This document shows, piece by piece, positions 31,113 to 43,336 of a stretch of DNA of 64,000 bases (position 1 is its first letter; each line of letters begins with the position of its first letter). The stretch comes from Microbotryum violaceum (Eukaryota). The stretch lies in assembly GCA_001244265.2 (NCBI GenBank), contig CDLV01000014.1:434001-498000 (forward strand). Reading direction: 5' to 3'. The notes under the pieces were generated by a model. It did not search any database. It saw nothing but the letters and a program-made list of their open reading frames with translations, and had not been told where the DNA came from. The position numbers and the translations under genes were made by a program.

Positions 31113-33347
31113 TTAGTCTACAACCCCTCGGAGAACGCTTCGACCCCATCGCGGACCCAGTTTTTGATTCCTCCAATTCCGAGGATCGTTCAGTGCCAGC
31201 TCCAATTGATGAATCAAGTTCTGCGCATACATCACACCACCGGGAATGAGAACCGGATGCACCTTCTCTTGGAAGTGTTGGTACCCTTCCAAAAGGTGTC
31301 CAAAATCTGTGATGGACAGATAAGAGAGGGCGGACGATGTTAGAGAGCACGATCGGGTCTGCTGCGGAGCATGAGCCACTGACCAAATAACGGCAAGCCT
31401 TCGCTCCGAGCCACTTCTTCTTGCAGATGTCGCAATTGGTTCACGCGCCTGCCCCGATCCAGCAACTGTTACTCTGAGCCCGTACAACGGAAAGCGTGAC
31501 CGCCTGGCTATGCTTACACTGCGAGGCAGAAGGAGTAGAGGGAACTTAGTCAAGGCCTGGAAAAGGATTCGCCAATCGTGCGAAAACTCACAATTCGTGA
31601 TATATTGCGTCCCTACCACCGCATCATCCGTTCTATGCAGCTTGCGATAAACGACCCTGGCCCTCGGGAAGAGCCATCGTACGTATCGGATCGTTTGTCT
31701 CATCCGTTCTTGCCACCAAGCGAGCTGATCGGGCGTCAATGGCACGGTTAAGGACCATTTTGTCTTGTCGTCTTGCATACCGAACAGAGCCTGTACGATA
31801 CATCAGGAAATATAGTATTTTGGTGAACAACTGGAAATGCCTGCTGAGGTGAGTGTTCGTTGAGATCGTACCAAGTCCCACATCCCACTGTGCAATTGCA
31901 CCACATCGATCTTGTCCAGTCCTCCAAGCTGTTCAATGAACGGCACAATGAGTTTCTCCAGTCGATCCTCCACCCTCCCTGGCTTGTGCCAATCCGTATG
32001 ATCAGGGGTGTTGAACTCGTCCAAAGCGTCCATCCCGTAATGGAACCCATTGACGACTCGCATCGCCACTCCATCGGTCCCAGATTCCCTCGTATCCGAA
32101 TGGAATGGGATCTCGCAAATGTGCGGCAAGCCTCGTTGATCCCATCCATCGAACTTGGGTCCATGACCTTTGGTCAAATCGGCCGGTAATGCACCGGGTG
32201 GATGGGAGTTGATGTCGTGGTAGTGAGATATCGACAGCTCGCGCTTGAAAAGCTGGCAAAAATGTACGAGTCCATTTCGATCGACCGAATCGCCAATGAC
32301 GAGGACTGTAGGGGGTTGTGACCGCTTTCTGCGCAAGAAAGAGACCGGATCATTGGGATTCAACGAGGCCGAGGAGGTGCGGTTCGAGAGGGTGACCCAG
32401 TGGGACGGATAAGGGTCGGAGGCGAAGACTCGGTGTTCGGCAGAATAAGCATCGACGGGGAACTTGGGCTGGGTTCGATCGGGCCCATGGGTGAGTGTCC
32501 ACAACGCAGAGAGGTACTTCGGCAGAGGAGGACATCGTTCCTCGTCGATTGGTCGCCATTCGGTCTCGAAGGGTAACTCGAGGTCGACGAGCAATCGTCC
32601 AGGTGAACCAAGAGCGTCACACATTTCGGAGCCGCGCCTTGTGTTCAAGCTCGGGCCTCTGTAAGGTGGAGGTAAAGTTTGTAACACTGTAAGATGAACA
32701 TGCAAGTATGGATATCACAATGTCGTTTGAACAGTAGGGCAGGACGCGGCGACGAGTCATCCTCTCCGCGGGGCGGGCCGGTGCCCTTCGTTGCCTCTCG
32801 GAGTCCGACTGAACCCTTGACGGAAGCCAATGAATTTGCGTCGCCACGTGCGAAACAATTCCACCAAATTTGCTGCAGCAAATTAACATCGCTTTCCGGC
32901 TCGTCCCATTTGAACAAGAGATCGCAATCATTCATGCATGAGGACTCACAGCATCGATCTGACCAGCCACGCGACGACGACCGTCCCGCCAAGCAGCATC
33001 GCGAACTTTGGGCCTTGAACCTGCAACTCCCGTCTCCTCATCTTCCACCACCCCGACTCCATCAAAGCCTCTGACATCGATTGTTCCCTATAATGACTTG
33101 GAACCTTGTTGCTATTCGCGCTATTTCCATTTTTGAGGATACCCCGGAGAGGTACGCCAGTGCTCGTCGTCGTCGTCGGTCGGAGGCTCGTCCGATTGGT
33201 CGTGGACGTGGTCGCCGAACCTAATAGCGGCGAGGCCGACGGTGAGGCCGTACCGAAGTGTAAAGAGGTGCTGGATGCTGCTGCGGTGTCTTCTTCGAGA
33301 AGTGGATCGTCACCTGCAAGGGAACTGCGTCGTCGTACTGTCGACAT
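31113..33347 (-). CDS. Cap64/Cas3-like SGNH (GDS-type) polysaccharide-modifying protein, type II membrane
   Basis: TM FAMLLGGTVVVAWLV; VLVIGDSVDRN, FHYG, LHSGMWDL, DFGHLLEG, C-terminal EKVHP. Resembles Cryptococcus capsule-associated CAP64/CAS3 proteins as recalled. Several introns. Confidence 0.7.
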
Positions 33348-33649
33348 CGCAAAGAGGGAATGTGGGTGAGAATGACTTCACCGACGGGTCGCAGGCGGAG
33401 ATAATGAAGGAGGGAGCAGGGCGTTGTCTCGCCAGCATCGGCTTGAGCGCTGCTTGAGCGAGCCACCCCCACATTGACTGACGCTCTCGGGTACGGACGG
33501 GTTCCGGCCAACACGCCGCCCGAGGGCCCAGAATCGATGAAAGTGAGTTGGGGAATTACGGCGTCTTACAAATTACAATCAAAAAAGAGTTTGAAGGTTC
33601 TTAATATTTACAGCACTTCACTTAAATCCACTCTCCTTCCCCGATCACC

Positions 33650-35770
33650 TTAAGCCGTGATCGACCCGATCTTGGCATTGACCCTCTTGAGCCCTTGCTC
33701 CGCCAACTTGAGCCCCTGATAATCCACCACTGACCCCGCCTCATTCTTAGCAAACGCCACAGCCTGATCCAACAACGATTTACTCTTGCTCAAGCCTCCC
33801 TCCGCCCATGTCTTGGTCTCCTCCCTCCTGACTCCGGAAACCTCGATGATTCTCGATACATTTTCGACGACAAAGCCGGACAGGTTGCATGCCATGGCCG
33901 CGGTGACCCTCGAATCCCTGACGAGTCCTTGTGCGGCCTTGGAGAAGGGTCTCATCTTCCTCGACGATTCCTTGGTTAAAGGGGACTGCATCAACGCGAC
34001 GAGTGTCGAATCGCACGAGTGGATCGCTGAAGAGAGCAGACTCAGCGCGTACTCCTCGATGTTGGACATGCGAAGCGCGAGCGACACTTCGGCCAGATGG
34101 GTGCGAAGAACGGCAGCTCGTGTTGAGTAGTAGTACGAGGTCAAACTAGGGCCCAGCACACTCGCTGGTGTCGCGCTTGAAAGTGTCGGACCGCCCGACG
34201 AGGTGGATGGCGAGGGCAACGATGACGGACCCATCAACGACTCGGCGTAGCTAAGGGAAGCATTTTGCACAGCATGCGCAGCCACCAGAGCCCGACGTCG
34301 AGCTAGGAATGTCTCGAAGCTGATGAGAGAGGATAGAAGCGCTCGTTGCGTCGCAGGTGAGGCCTCGTGTCGCGACGAGCCTCGCTCGAGCAGGTTCACC
34401 GCCTTGGCGATCTCGGGTCGAATTAAGGATGAGCTGGCGTCCCCAACTTTCATCACGTTCGAGCTCGATATAGCGTTCGAAGGTGGATGAGAACGCGACC
34501 AAAAGCCAAAGAAGGACGACGAAGGCGAGACAGCCTTTGTGACCTCGGCGACTTCGGGGTTCAGAGCTTCCCGCTTGTCCGGCTGGGCCGCTTCGGTCGC
34601 TGCTCCAAGTGCCGGCAAGATCCCATCAAGATACCATCTCTCTGCGCGCAGGTTCTCGTTTGCGTGCTCCTCACTGCCCGTTTGCGCGCTCTGAGCCAAT
34701 CTCGCCGACAGGTCGCCGAGTTTGCGCGTCGCTTTGAGCTTCTCCCGCTGGTACCAGTCCGCCGTCGATGGAGAAGCAGGCGACGACACTAGGGCGTAGT
34801 AGATGCGTTCCCACCCTTCTCTGGCGGCTTCGAGTCGATACCGACCTCCAATACGTTCCCGGATGTTGGCGAGGCGCTGCTCGAGTTCGAGTGCTGCCCG
34901 ATCGACCGTTGCTTTTGTCGAGCTAGACTCGGTGCGGTCGACAAGTGAGATGCCCTTCTTCGCGGCCTTCGCTAGTGCATAGACGAGAAACTCTTCCGAG
35001 AGTTGCCAGCCTGCGTCCCTAATTTCTCCTTGCGAGAGTCCAGCTTGCACCGCACCCTGTCGATCCTGATCCGACCCGATCATCGTCCCGCCCGCACCAG
35101 AGAAAGGAGTTCGCATCGAGACCGGACCCATCGTCGACGACGCCGAGGAAGCTGGTCCGAGTGGGTCTTCAGCGCTCCAGTTCTGTGCCGCCCAAGCTCC
35201 TCGAACAGCCAAGCGTGTTATGAGACCCAGTCGTGGGTCGGTGCCGCCGCCGAGATGACCACCGGTCCATCCTTCCAGCTCCGAAGCCCACTCGTCGGGA
35301 TCCTCACGTGCGGCGAGTACGCCCTGCTGGCCGAGCGCGAAGTACTCAACGTAGGCATGCACGCCTACAAATGTGGCGACGACGACGACGACGACGCTCA
35401 CCGATCCATAGACGGCGTAGCGGAAGATGGAGCCGAAGAAGGAAGCGGTGTGGAGCAGTGGAGAAGCGTAGTCCTCGACGGGTAACGCAGCGGGGTCCAA
35501 GGGCTGCCTGGAATCGTGTTTCGGTTGGCTAGGCGAGCTTGACGAGGCAAGGGATGGGTCTGGTGTCGAGAAGGATGGCGGGCGATCGACCAGTATTCGC
35601 GACGACGAGGAAAGGTTCAATTGGTGCGACCGAATTGGACCGCGGGGTGCGACGACGATCAAAGGCGACACAGACCACGACCATGATGCGAGAGCAAAGC
35701 GACTTCTTGGTCGCGTTGTACCAGCACGTAGAAGTACCGATGCGGTTGTCCCGGTCCTACAACTCGCCAT
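33650..35770 (-). CDS. Uncharacterised 706-aa protein, probably mitochondrial, single TM
   Basis: Uninterrupted ATG-to-TAA ORF. Arg/Ser-rich acid-free N-terminus, TM AVYGSVSVVVVVVATFVGVHAYVE, then GWTGG..GGTDPRLG and helical repeat-like segments. Confidence 0.75.
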   Translation of the reverse strand: MASCRTGTTASVLLRAGTTRPRSRFALASWSWSVSPLIVVAPRGPIRSHQLNLSSSSRILVDRPPSFSTPDPSLASSSSPSQPKHDSRQPLDPAALPVEDYASPLLHTASFFGSIFRYAVYGSVSVVVVVVATFVGVHAYVEYFALGQQGVLAAREDPDEWASELEGWTGGHLGGGTDPRLGLITRLAVRGAWAAQNWSAEDPLGPASSASSTMGPVSMRTPFSGAGGTMIGSDQDRQGAVQAGLSQGEIRDAGWQLSEEFLVYALAKAAKKGISLVDRTESSSTKATVDRAALELEQRLANIRERIGGRYRLEAAREGWERIYYALVSSPASPSTADWYQREKLKATRKLGDLSARLAQSAQTGSEEHANENLRAERWYLDGILPALGAATEAAQPDKREALNPEVAEVTKAVSPSSSFFGFWSRSHPPSNAISSSNVMKVGDASSSLIRPEIAKAVNLLERGSSRHEASPATQRALLSSLISFETFLARRRALVAAHAVQNASLSYAESLMGPSSLPSPSTSSGGPTLSSATPASVLGPSLTSYYYSTRAAVLRTHLAEVSLALRMSNIEEYALSLLSSAIHSCDSTLVALMQSPLTKESSRKMRPFSKAAQGLVRDSRVTAAMACNLSGFVVENVSRIIEVSGVRREETKTWAEGGLSKSKSLLDQAVAFAKNEAGSVVDYQGLKLAEQGLKRVNAKIGSITA

Positions 35771-36997
35771 GCTCGATGAGGTGTGTGGGACGCGTGGAAA
35801 GGGACAACTCGAAAGGCGAGTCCCGGCGAGTCGCGAAGCTGCAAATCCAGCATTATAAAAGTCGAATTAGGATTCGGCGGGGCTTTTTTCCGGCGCCCCA
35901 GAGGAGTACTGGCCTAGTAGCCAGTGCGCTTAACTGCATTCCTGCCGACTTTTCCAAAGGTTTCTCGGTATTGAATTATACTGTTATCAAGATCTATCAA
36001 ATAAATAAATAAACAAAAAGAGTTACCGACCTGGCCCCGCGGTTCCTCCAAGGCGAAAGTGGGCCCTTCTAAATCGGGTGCAGTGTATAACTTTAGTGAT
36101 GGGAGATCCTGCAGATGATTCTTTATTTCTCGCTCTTTGGCAGCAGCTAGCCACTATCTCAACCGTCGGACTTGATCTCACTGCTTAACAGAGGTTCTGC
36201 TTCGCAACTTCGGAGTTAGCTCTATGTTACAGGCTCCCAGCGTCAGTTGCCAAGCGTGGCGTGGTGGTGTGTAGCGCCGGCCACCCCAGAAGGCGGCAGT
36301 CGGCAGTGAGTACGTCAGTGGCGCGCCGACCATGCACGGCAAGGTTGGCAAGAGGATTTCTGCCAGTTTTCGCCCGCGCCAAAATCGCTTTCAGGATGAG
36401 TATTGGCCACTATGGGGACAACTCCCAAGCTCCCCAGAGTCATTCCGTTGGTGGCTGGAAGAAGCCGGATCAAGTTCATACAACACAAAACCCTGGTCAG
36501 CAATTTACTAATCCACAGCGATGCACCCGCATGCACCGGAGTAAAGTCCCGGCGTCTCGAACCGCCGGAGTTCTAACGCGAGCCACTCGGATCCGATTCC
36601 CCGCCATGCACCACTGTGTATGACCGTGCATGATAGTGCATACCCGTGCAAATCAATGATATGACCCAAGATGCCCAGATGCCAATGAAGAAGCCTGATA
36701 CACTCGAAAAATCGAGTTACTATCTCTGCCGCCTGTGACCGATTTCCTTTCAAGCAGCCGAATTACCTCTTGAGCTGACGGTGTCTACTTGATCTAGAGC
36801 CCATTTATCATGGTATTCAGATATCACTCTTCCTTTTTTTTGCGTTTACTCGCCGTATCGGAGCTTTCAAGTCACCGTGACCCTGCACCACAACCCAGTT
36901 CCGTGTCAGAGTTCGCAATCGCGGTCGAAGCGAGGCCGCCCCAGCTCGAACGAAGCTGCTGGAGCAACAATCACTCTGTCGATCGCGGCGAGCTCAA

Positions 36998-37069
36998 CTC
37001 TAGGGTAATTATTAGAGCTGAGCCTACTTGCTGCTCTAGGGTAATTCTTAGAGCTGAGCCTACTTGCTG
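36998..37069. repeat. 36-bp direct tandem duplication (35/36 identical)
   Basis: ctctagggtaatt(a/c)ttagagctgagcctacttgctg at 36998-37033 and 37034-37069. Confidence 0.92.
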
Positions 37070-38866
37070 AGACTTGAACGAGCTTGATTGACAAGGTGTT
37101 CCTTCTTTTCGTTGAACTCGATGTGGGGTGCTCGGTCCCCTGTCCGCGATTTCGCTTCAGATCGGCGCCGCGCCGCGCCCCGCTCAGTCGCCTTCGGCAT
37201 TCCGCACTCAGCGCTTGGCAGAGGTGGAGAAGATCGGAAGCGGTGGCGTCATCGAAGTAAATTATCCTACCCAAGTCACTGACGAGCTCACACACCTCTC
37301 TCTTCTTCTTTCTTTTCGGGCGGCGCGGCTCCGCACTTTTTGGGCCGTACCAACGCGCCGATCCTGCTATGCGACCAATCGACCTGTGCGGCAGCAACGT
37401 CGCACGACACTCTGACTTACCATAGTTGAGCAGTAGGTTAAATGACTCAGGTTGAAGGTGAGATCATTGGGGATGAAGTCTATTGACCATCGCGGGGCTG
37501 TGAAAGGTCGGGTGATCATGTAGTGCGAGGCTTGGGGTCAGCATGAGTCCGAGCCCCACGAATAGATCAGAGACGACCGTTCCACTCGATCGACAACGAC
37601 CGAGCAAGAGCAGGAACAAGCAGCAATTGATGAGAAGGGAAACCCTCGCGGGTCGGGAGTATGAGCCCAGACGCGGTCAAACGTGATCAAGGTGGTGCAC
37701 GGCCGTTGCACAGAATAGGTTGTCGAACGTCGTCGAACTCCCTCGACCTGATGGTGCTCACCCTCGGCGACCCTGGTGATTAACACTGCCATATGTCCTT
37801 TACTCTGCACTAGACTGATCTAGGGGTTTTCTACATCGATACCGTTCACGCTCCGTCCACCTCTTGAACGAGCACCTGCACGTGTTTGGCGTAGAATAAG
37901 TGATCGACCTCGACAGACCTTGCCAGCCTCGGCTGACCCACCCTCAAGCGCCTTCGGACTTGTGTTTAGATCTTCTAAAAGAGATGATGGGCTTTGGCCC
38001 GTCGGTTAGAGATGTCGCAAGTGTAGGGTGCTCTGCTGGTGAGGTTCACAAGACGTCGAAGTATGGTGACTCAGCCCGTGCGACGTTCCCCTCTTGCCCT
38101 CGGTCCGTCGCTTAAGGGGGGGGGGGGGAAGCCGAGTCGAATTGATCTCGACCTCGCTCTCATTCTCATGGCCATTCATCATCGTACTGATTATTGTAAT
38201 TAGATTTCTCTCGACCTTCTTCAGATACTGGGAGGATCATCAAATGGGATTCTTTCACCGTGGGTCCTCGAGCTGATCATTCGAAGGTCTCATTAAAAGG
38301 CGTGGCGCTGACCGAAAACGCCGCGCGAGCCTAGGGCAAGTTTGGTTTCATTTTGCCAGACCTGGCGGAATCAATTGCGCAATTTTGTCGTAGACTTTTG
38401 GACGGGCCACGCGCCCCAGGTTGCCCCCCGAGCAGGATCTGGTGGTGATCGGCCGAGGTGCCAGCCCAAGTCTCCGAGCTCGTTCGGAAAAAACCTCTGC
38501 GTGTTGGTTGCTTGGGCTTGCTCACCCACCAACTTGAACCAACTTTTCAAAGACTGTGAATGTGGCTGAAACCATTTGACAGCCAAGTACTTTCCAGAGC
38601 TAGGGCTCAATTTGAGCGGGCCGCTAGTAGCCCTCCACTACGGTGGCCCGGATGCTACAGCATGGTACTGTACTCCAGCGTATCTATTCGTCGACGTAGG
38701 CTCGCGGCTGCGGGCAAAGAAGCGGCCAAGCGCCACGCCCTCAAAAAACGAGCTGAGAAATCGCGCGTCGTCTCGGACAAGAGATCCTTCCCGTCTTTCG
38801 GTCACCACTTGCTCGCACGGCAACCCTGTCAGACCTCAGCTCGCACCCACGCTGGTCGACGCGGCT

Positions 38867-41800
38867 ATGTTTGCGGCCCTCCCAATCCAGGCAACGGCAC
38901 TTTCCCCTCGGGATGAACCCGTGTTGCCACCACTGCTGACGACGCCGACCGCGGCAACGGCAGCGACCGTGACAGCGACGACCATCATGCCGCCGGCTGC
39001 TACCGCCGCCTCCGTCGCCTCTTCCTCCGCCTCGCCAACGACTACAACGCTCGCCAAGACGATCGACCCTTATTCAGACTCGGCCTTGGTTGGCAAAGGA
39101 CACAAAACCGTGCGAGCCATGCTCGCTAGGGGTGCTGCGTGAGTAGAGCATGTCGCCGATCCAGCATTTCTCGCCCCGGGTTCGGGTTGTGTCTCCGACC
39201 GCCGACCGATGCGCCCTCTTTGGCTGCCCTGCCCGCACTTTCTGTCTAGTCGCGCGGCATGGGCATGCTGCACCCTCGAATCCCGAGTCGTCGTCAGCTT
39301 TCGCGCGCGCGGCGCCAAATCCATCCATCCCCCTTCGGCGTTCTATCGACTTCTGCGGGCATGGATGCGCACTTGTCGAGACCCGAGGCAGCCCGCAGGT
39401 AGACGAGGCCCTGCGCGATCCGCCTGACGGCTCGGTTGACGGATATCACTGGGCTTGCTTCGGTGATCGTCACCCACCGCTCAGGCTTGCTGACCAGACA
39501 CTCCCATCTTTGTTCCCTCTTCACCTTCACTTAGATGTGACCTCTGTCGAGCACGCAAGGTCAAGTGCACTGGCGAGAAACCCATCTGTGCCCGTGAGTT
39601 GGTCGTGTCAAAAATTCCCCGAATTCATTCGTCTGCCCTCACCGGCGCGAGAAAAGCCCGAACGCCCAATGCGCGCCCGTGCTCCGACCCAGCTTCATTC
39701 TCGAGCCAGCCGCCAGCCAAATGCCGCCATTGATCACCTGCTAATCAAATAAATCCTCGCTCGTGCTGTCCGGCGCATTGTTCTTTCCGCACTCTACAGA
39801 ATGCCTAAAATCGGCTCGTGGCAATGCCTCTCTGTGCAACTGTGTGTACGATGGCTCCTCGACGCCCAAGCTCGGTCCCAAGAAACCGCGGGCCAAGAAG
39901 GCAGCACAACCGACGACCTCGGAGGACGACGCGGACCAACTCGCCGAGTCAGCCACAGCTTCCGCCGGCGGGCCGGTCTCAGCCTCGCCCGCGTCGGGCA
40001 CGCGAGAGGCAACGGTCGAGGCGGCGTCTGTCACGGCCACCAGTCCTGCGTCCGCCAGCCCTGCTCTGCCAGCCCTGAGAGCGTACCAACAAACTCATCC
40101 TTTTCAAAAAACCAACTTCGTTGGTCCTCCCCTCGGTCCTGCCGGTGCTGCTTCTTCAGCCACCTCGCCCTTGCTGGTCGCCGCCGAGGGAGCTGCCAAC
40201 GCTCCAGCATACCCGCTTGGGGCGTCACAGCCGCTCTCGCTCCCGACACTTCCACAGCCACACTATGCCCCACCGCCACCTTTCGCGTTACCGGGTGCGT
40301 CCATGTCGGATGCGAGTGCTGGCACTATCAAAACCGCGGCACTGCCCTCGCTTTCCGCGCTCCAGGCGGTCGGAGTAAAACGTTCTTTCGCCGAGATGCT
40401 GGCCCACGCCGCACCCAAGCCCAACCTTGTACCCATAGTCCCATCGATTCACGACAACGAGGACGAGGAGGACGACATCGACGAGGATGAACAGCTACTT
40501 GCGGGCCCTTCATCGACGAAACCGCACCAGTCTACCCACGAGGGACCAGTACCCAAAAAGGTGTTGACCGAGACCGACGTCGAACACCTCGTCGATCGCA
40601 TCTCGGAGCTCGAACGGCGTCTGAAGGTACAGAGCCAGCCGTCGATTGCGCCACGTGTTTCGGTTGCGTCTCCGTCGTACTTTGCACAGGCGACGTTCCC
40701 TTCCGCATCGGGCTATGGCATCCCGACCTCGCCGTACGCTGGCCCCGGATCCCCTTACGCTCGCTCGTATGCGATGGACCATCGCCGGTCCTTGTCCCGT
40801 AGCGGCGAGGTTCCGATAAGTACGGACATTTCATCGGCTTGGACCCCCGAGTCGAGTTGTCGCTTCGATGCGGACGGTCCCATGGACCCCAATGGCGGTC
40901 GAGGACGATCAGGCTCCTCAGCAGGGGCGTACGCGAGCTTCATCCCAGCTTCCTCGTACGGCGAGGCGATGCCTTCCGCTTCGGCGAACCGCGGCTCCGC
41001 TTTCAGCAAACACATCCTCCCTTCCTACGCCAACAGCAGCTCATACCCACCTCTCGACTATGACAACTCGGCTGCGCCGCTGGCTTCCTCATCCACGAGC
41101 GGAGGCCCATCCCCGCCGTCCATCACGCGCGTCAACTCGTTTGGTTCCAGTTCGCTCGCGAGAAGCAAAACCTCGGCCGCTACTTCGGAAAGCGAGTACG
41201 GTAACAAGCTGTCTTCGGCGATCGACTCGATATTCGCCGCCTCGGACTCGGGATCCGCATCGCAATCGCCGATGGATGCGCTTAACTTGGACGCCTCGCT
41301 GTTCCAGATTCTCCACCCCGCGTGGGACATGAGCCTTCCTGGGCCTGTGATCGTTCGACACGTCGTTTCGGTTTTCTTCAACCGGGCAATGCGTGCAAGA
41401 GGAATGTTTGACCGTGCCCGCTTGATGGAAGCGCTGCGCAAGGCCCCCTCGGAACCTGACTTCCCTGAGACGGCGCTGCTGCACGCCTTGATGGCCTATG
41501 CCGTACTGTTTGTCTCACCAGAGAGCTTGAAAGATGATCTCGGCTCCTCCCCGTACTGGGCGTCCGAGAAGAGCGCTCGCGTATACCACTACAAGCAGGC
41601 CAAGAAGCGCATCATGGAGGCGCCGCAGTACGCCAATCAACTACAGATCATCCAAGCAAGCATTGTAGCCAGCTGTAAGTGACCACTCTCTTCCAGTTTG
41701 TGTGACCGAGAGTACTCGGCACTGACCGATTGTATGGCTTGGACTTTGCAGACGTCGCATACCAGGAGGGCGAGTTCCACGATCTCTGGATTCTGGGCAG

Positions 41801-42851
41801 TCATTCGATGCGTTTGTGTACCCCGCTCGGTCTCCACGTCATGTCCCCGTCTGGCATGCCCGAATACTCCGACTGGCCTAAGATCGTCAAGGGAGGTCAG
41901 ATTGTGTCCGGCGCCGCCCTGTTTCCGGGGGTCGCGACTCCGCGCGAGCAGTGCGAACGCGAAGCGACGTTTTGGACAGCATTCGCCGTGGACCGCCTGT
42001 TGAGCGCCGCCACAGACTGGCCCGTGTCGATCGACGAGAAGGACATCTCGACGCACTTGCCTTACATTCGTCTCCCCGACGGATCCAACGCGATCGATCC
42101 GACCATCGACGATGCGACGGGCCAATTGACCGCCCTGTCGATCCGCAATCCTCGTCTGTTTGTCGAAAAGTCCCCGGCCATGGACTCGTTCGGGTTGTAC
42201 ATCAAGAGTGCCATTCTTCTTGGTCGCGTCGTCAACTTCCTCCAACGCTTGCCCCGATTTCACGCCTTGCCCAAGAACGAGACGTGCATTTCTCTGCGCC
42301 ACAAATTTATGTCATCGCCCGACTTTGTTGAGCTCGACTATAGCATCGCACGCTATCGCACTCTGATCGTAACCGACTCGGACTTCCTCGACGAAGATGG
42401 CTTGATGGACCACTACCTCGCTTCGGCCTACTGTTTGCCGCATCTCGCTTCGATCCTGTTGCAGGAGGCGATGGTCTCCTTGGAGGATGAAGGCGACGAC
42501 TCGCCGCTCGAGAAGTGCCTTCGTTCGGCCAAGTGCTTGGTCTCGACGAGCGTGCTGATCGCCGCCATGTCGACAGATTGTTCCGGCGCTGATCCCTTCA
42601 CGCCCTTCGTTTGGTCCGTCGTCGGTCGAGCCCTAATCCGCGACTATGCAATTCGTTCATATCGGGGCCAGACCGAAGCCGCGGCCGCCTCGCGAGCGAT
42701 GGCCGAGCAGGTCCTGTTGCTCTCGGAGATGGGTGGTCGCTTTGTGCAAGTGTGCAGGACGGTGTCGTCGACGTTGCGCAAGTTGATGGCCAACCCCGAG
42801 TGCCTCATACCTTTCAACAGTCCGAACGACTGTCCCTTTTCGGACGTTTAG
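38867..42851 (+). CDS. Zn(II)2Cys6 transcription factor with fungal TF middle-homology region
   Basis: Splicing 39138/39535 and 39593/39800 restores ARGAACDLCRARKVKCTGEKPICAQCLKSARGNASLCNCVY. Coiled coil LVDRISELERRL. MHR motif EREATFWTAFAVDR..SAATDWPVSIDEKDISTHLP. Confidence 0.9.
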
Positions 42852-43336
42852 CTGCTCTGCGCCCACCGTTTGATGACGTAATGGCACAAGTGGCGTACAG
42901 TTGTAGGAAAGTCTGGGAGATGGAGTTGGATAGCGATGTATTGTTCGCATTAGGTCAAGTCTCGTTTTTGCTCTCTTGTCGTGTTGTTTTCTTGCGCAGG
43001 GTCCGAATCGTGGTCCAGCCTTGGAGTCTCTATTTCGCATGTAACGACGTACCAGCCGTCCTCGTCACAGTAGATGTGTCCAAAAAAAAAAACGAGCAGA
43101 TATAGGAGTGCCCCGTCTCTCTCGGCGTTTCTAGATTGAATACATCTTGAACGAAACGGAATAAGTGCCGAATGGCACTCAGCAAAGACTTGGTTGCGTT
43201 GCATGACTGCTTATTGAAAGGCAAAATGCGTATGTACTATGTACGACAAGGGTAAGAGGGGAAGGCAGAAATTTGACTCCACTGGGAGTGCATGTCTAGG
43301 AAGGGGGGGGGGGGGGCAGATGGGGGGGGGGCAGAT

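Noticed and set aside
43303-43336. Two poly-G runs each followed by CAGAT
   Set aside because: Simple homopolymer slippage in a 3' UTR; length unreliable.
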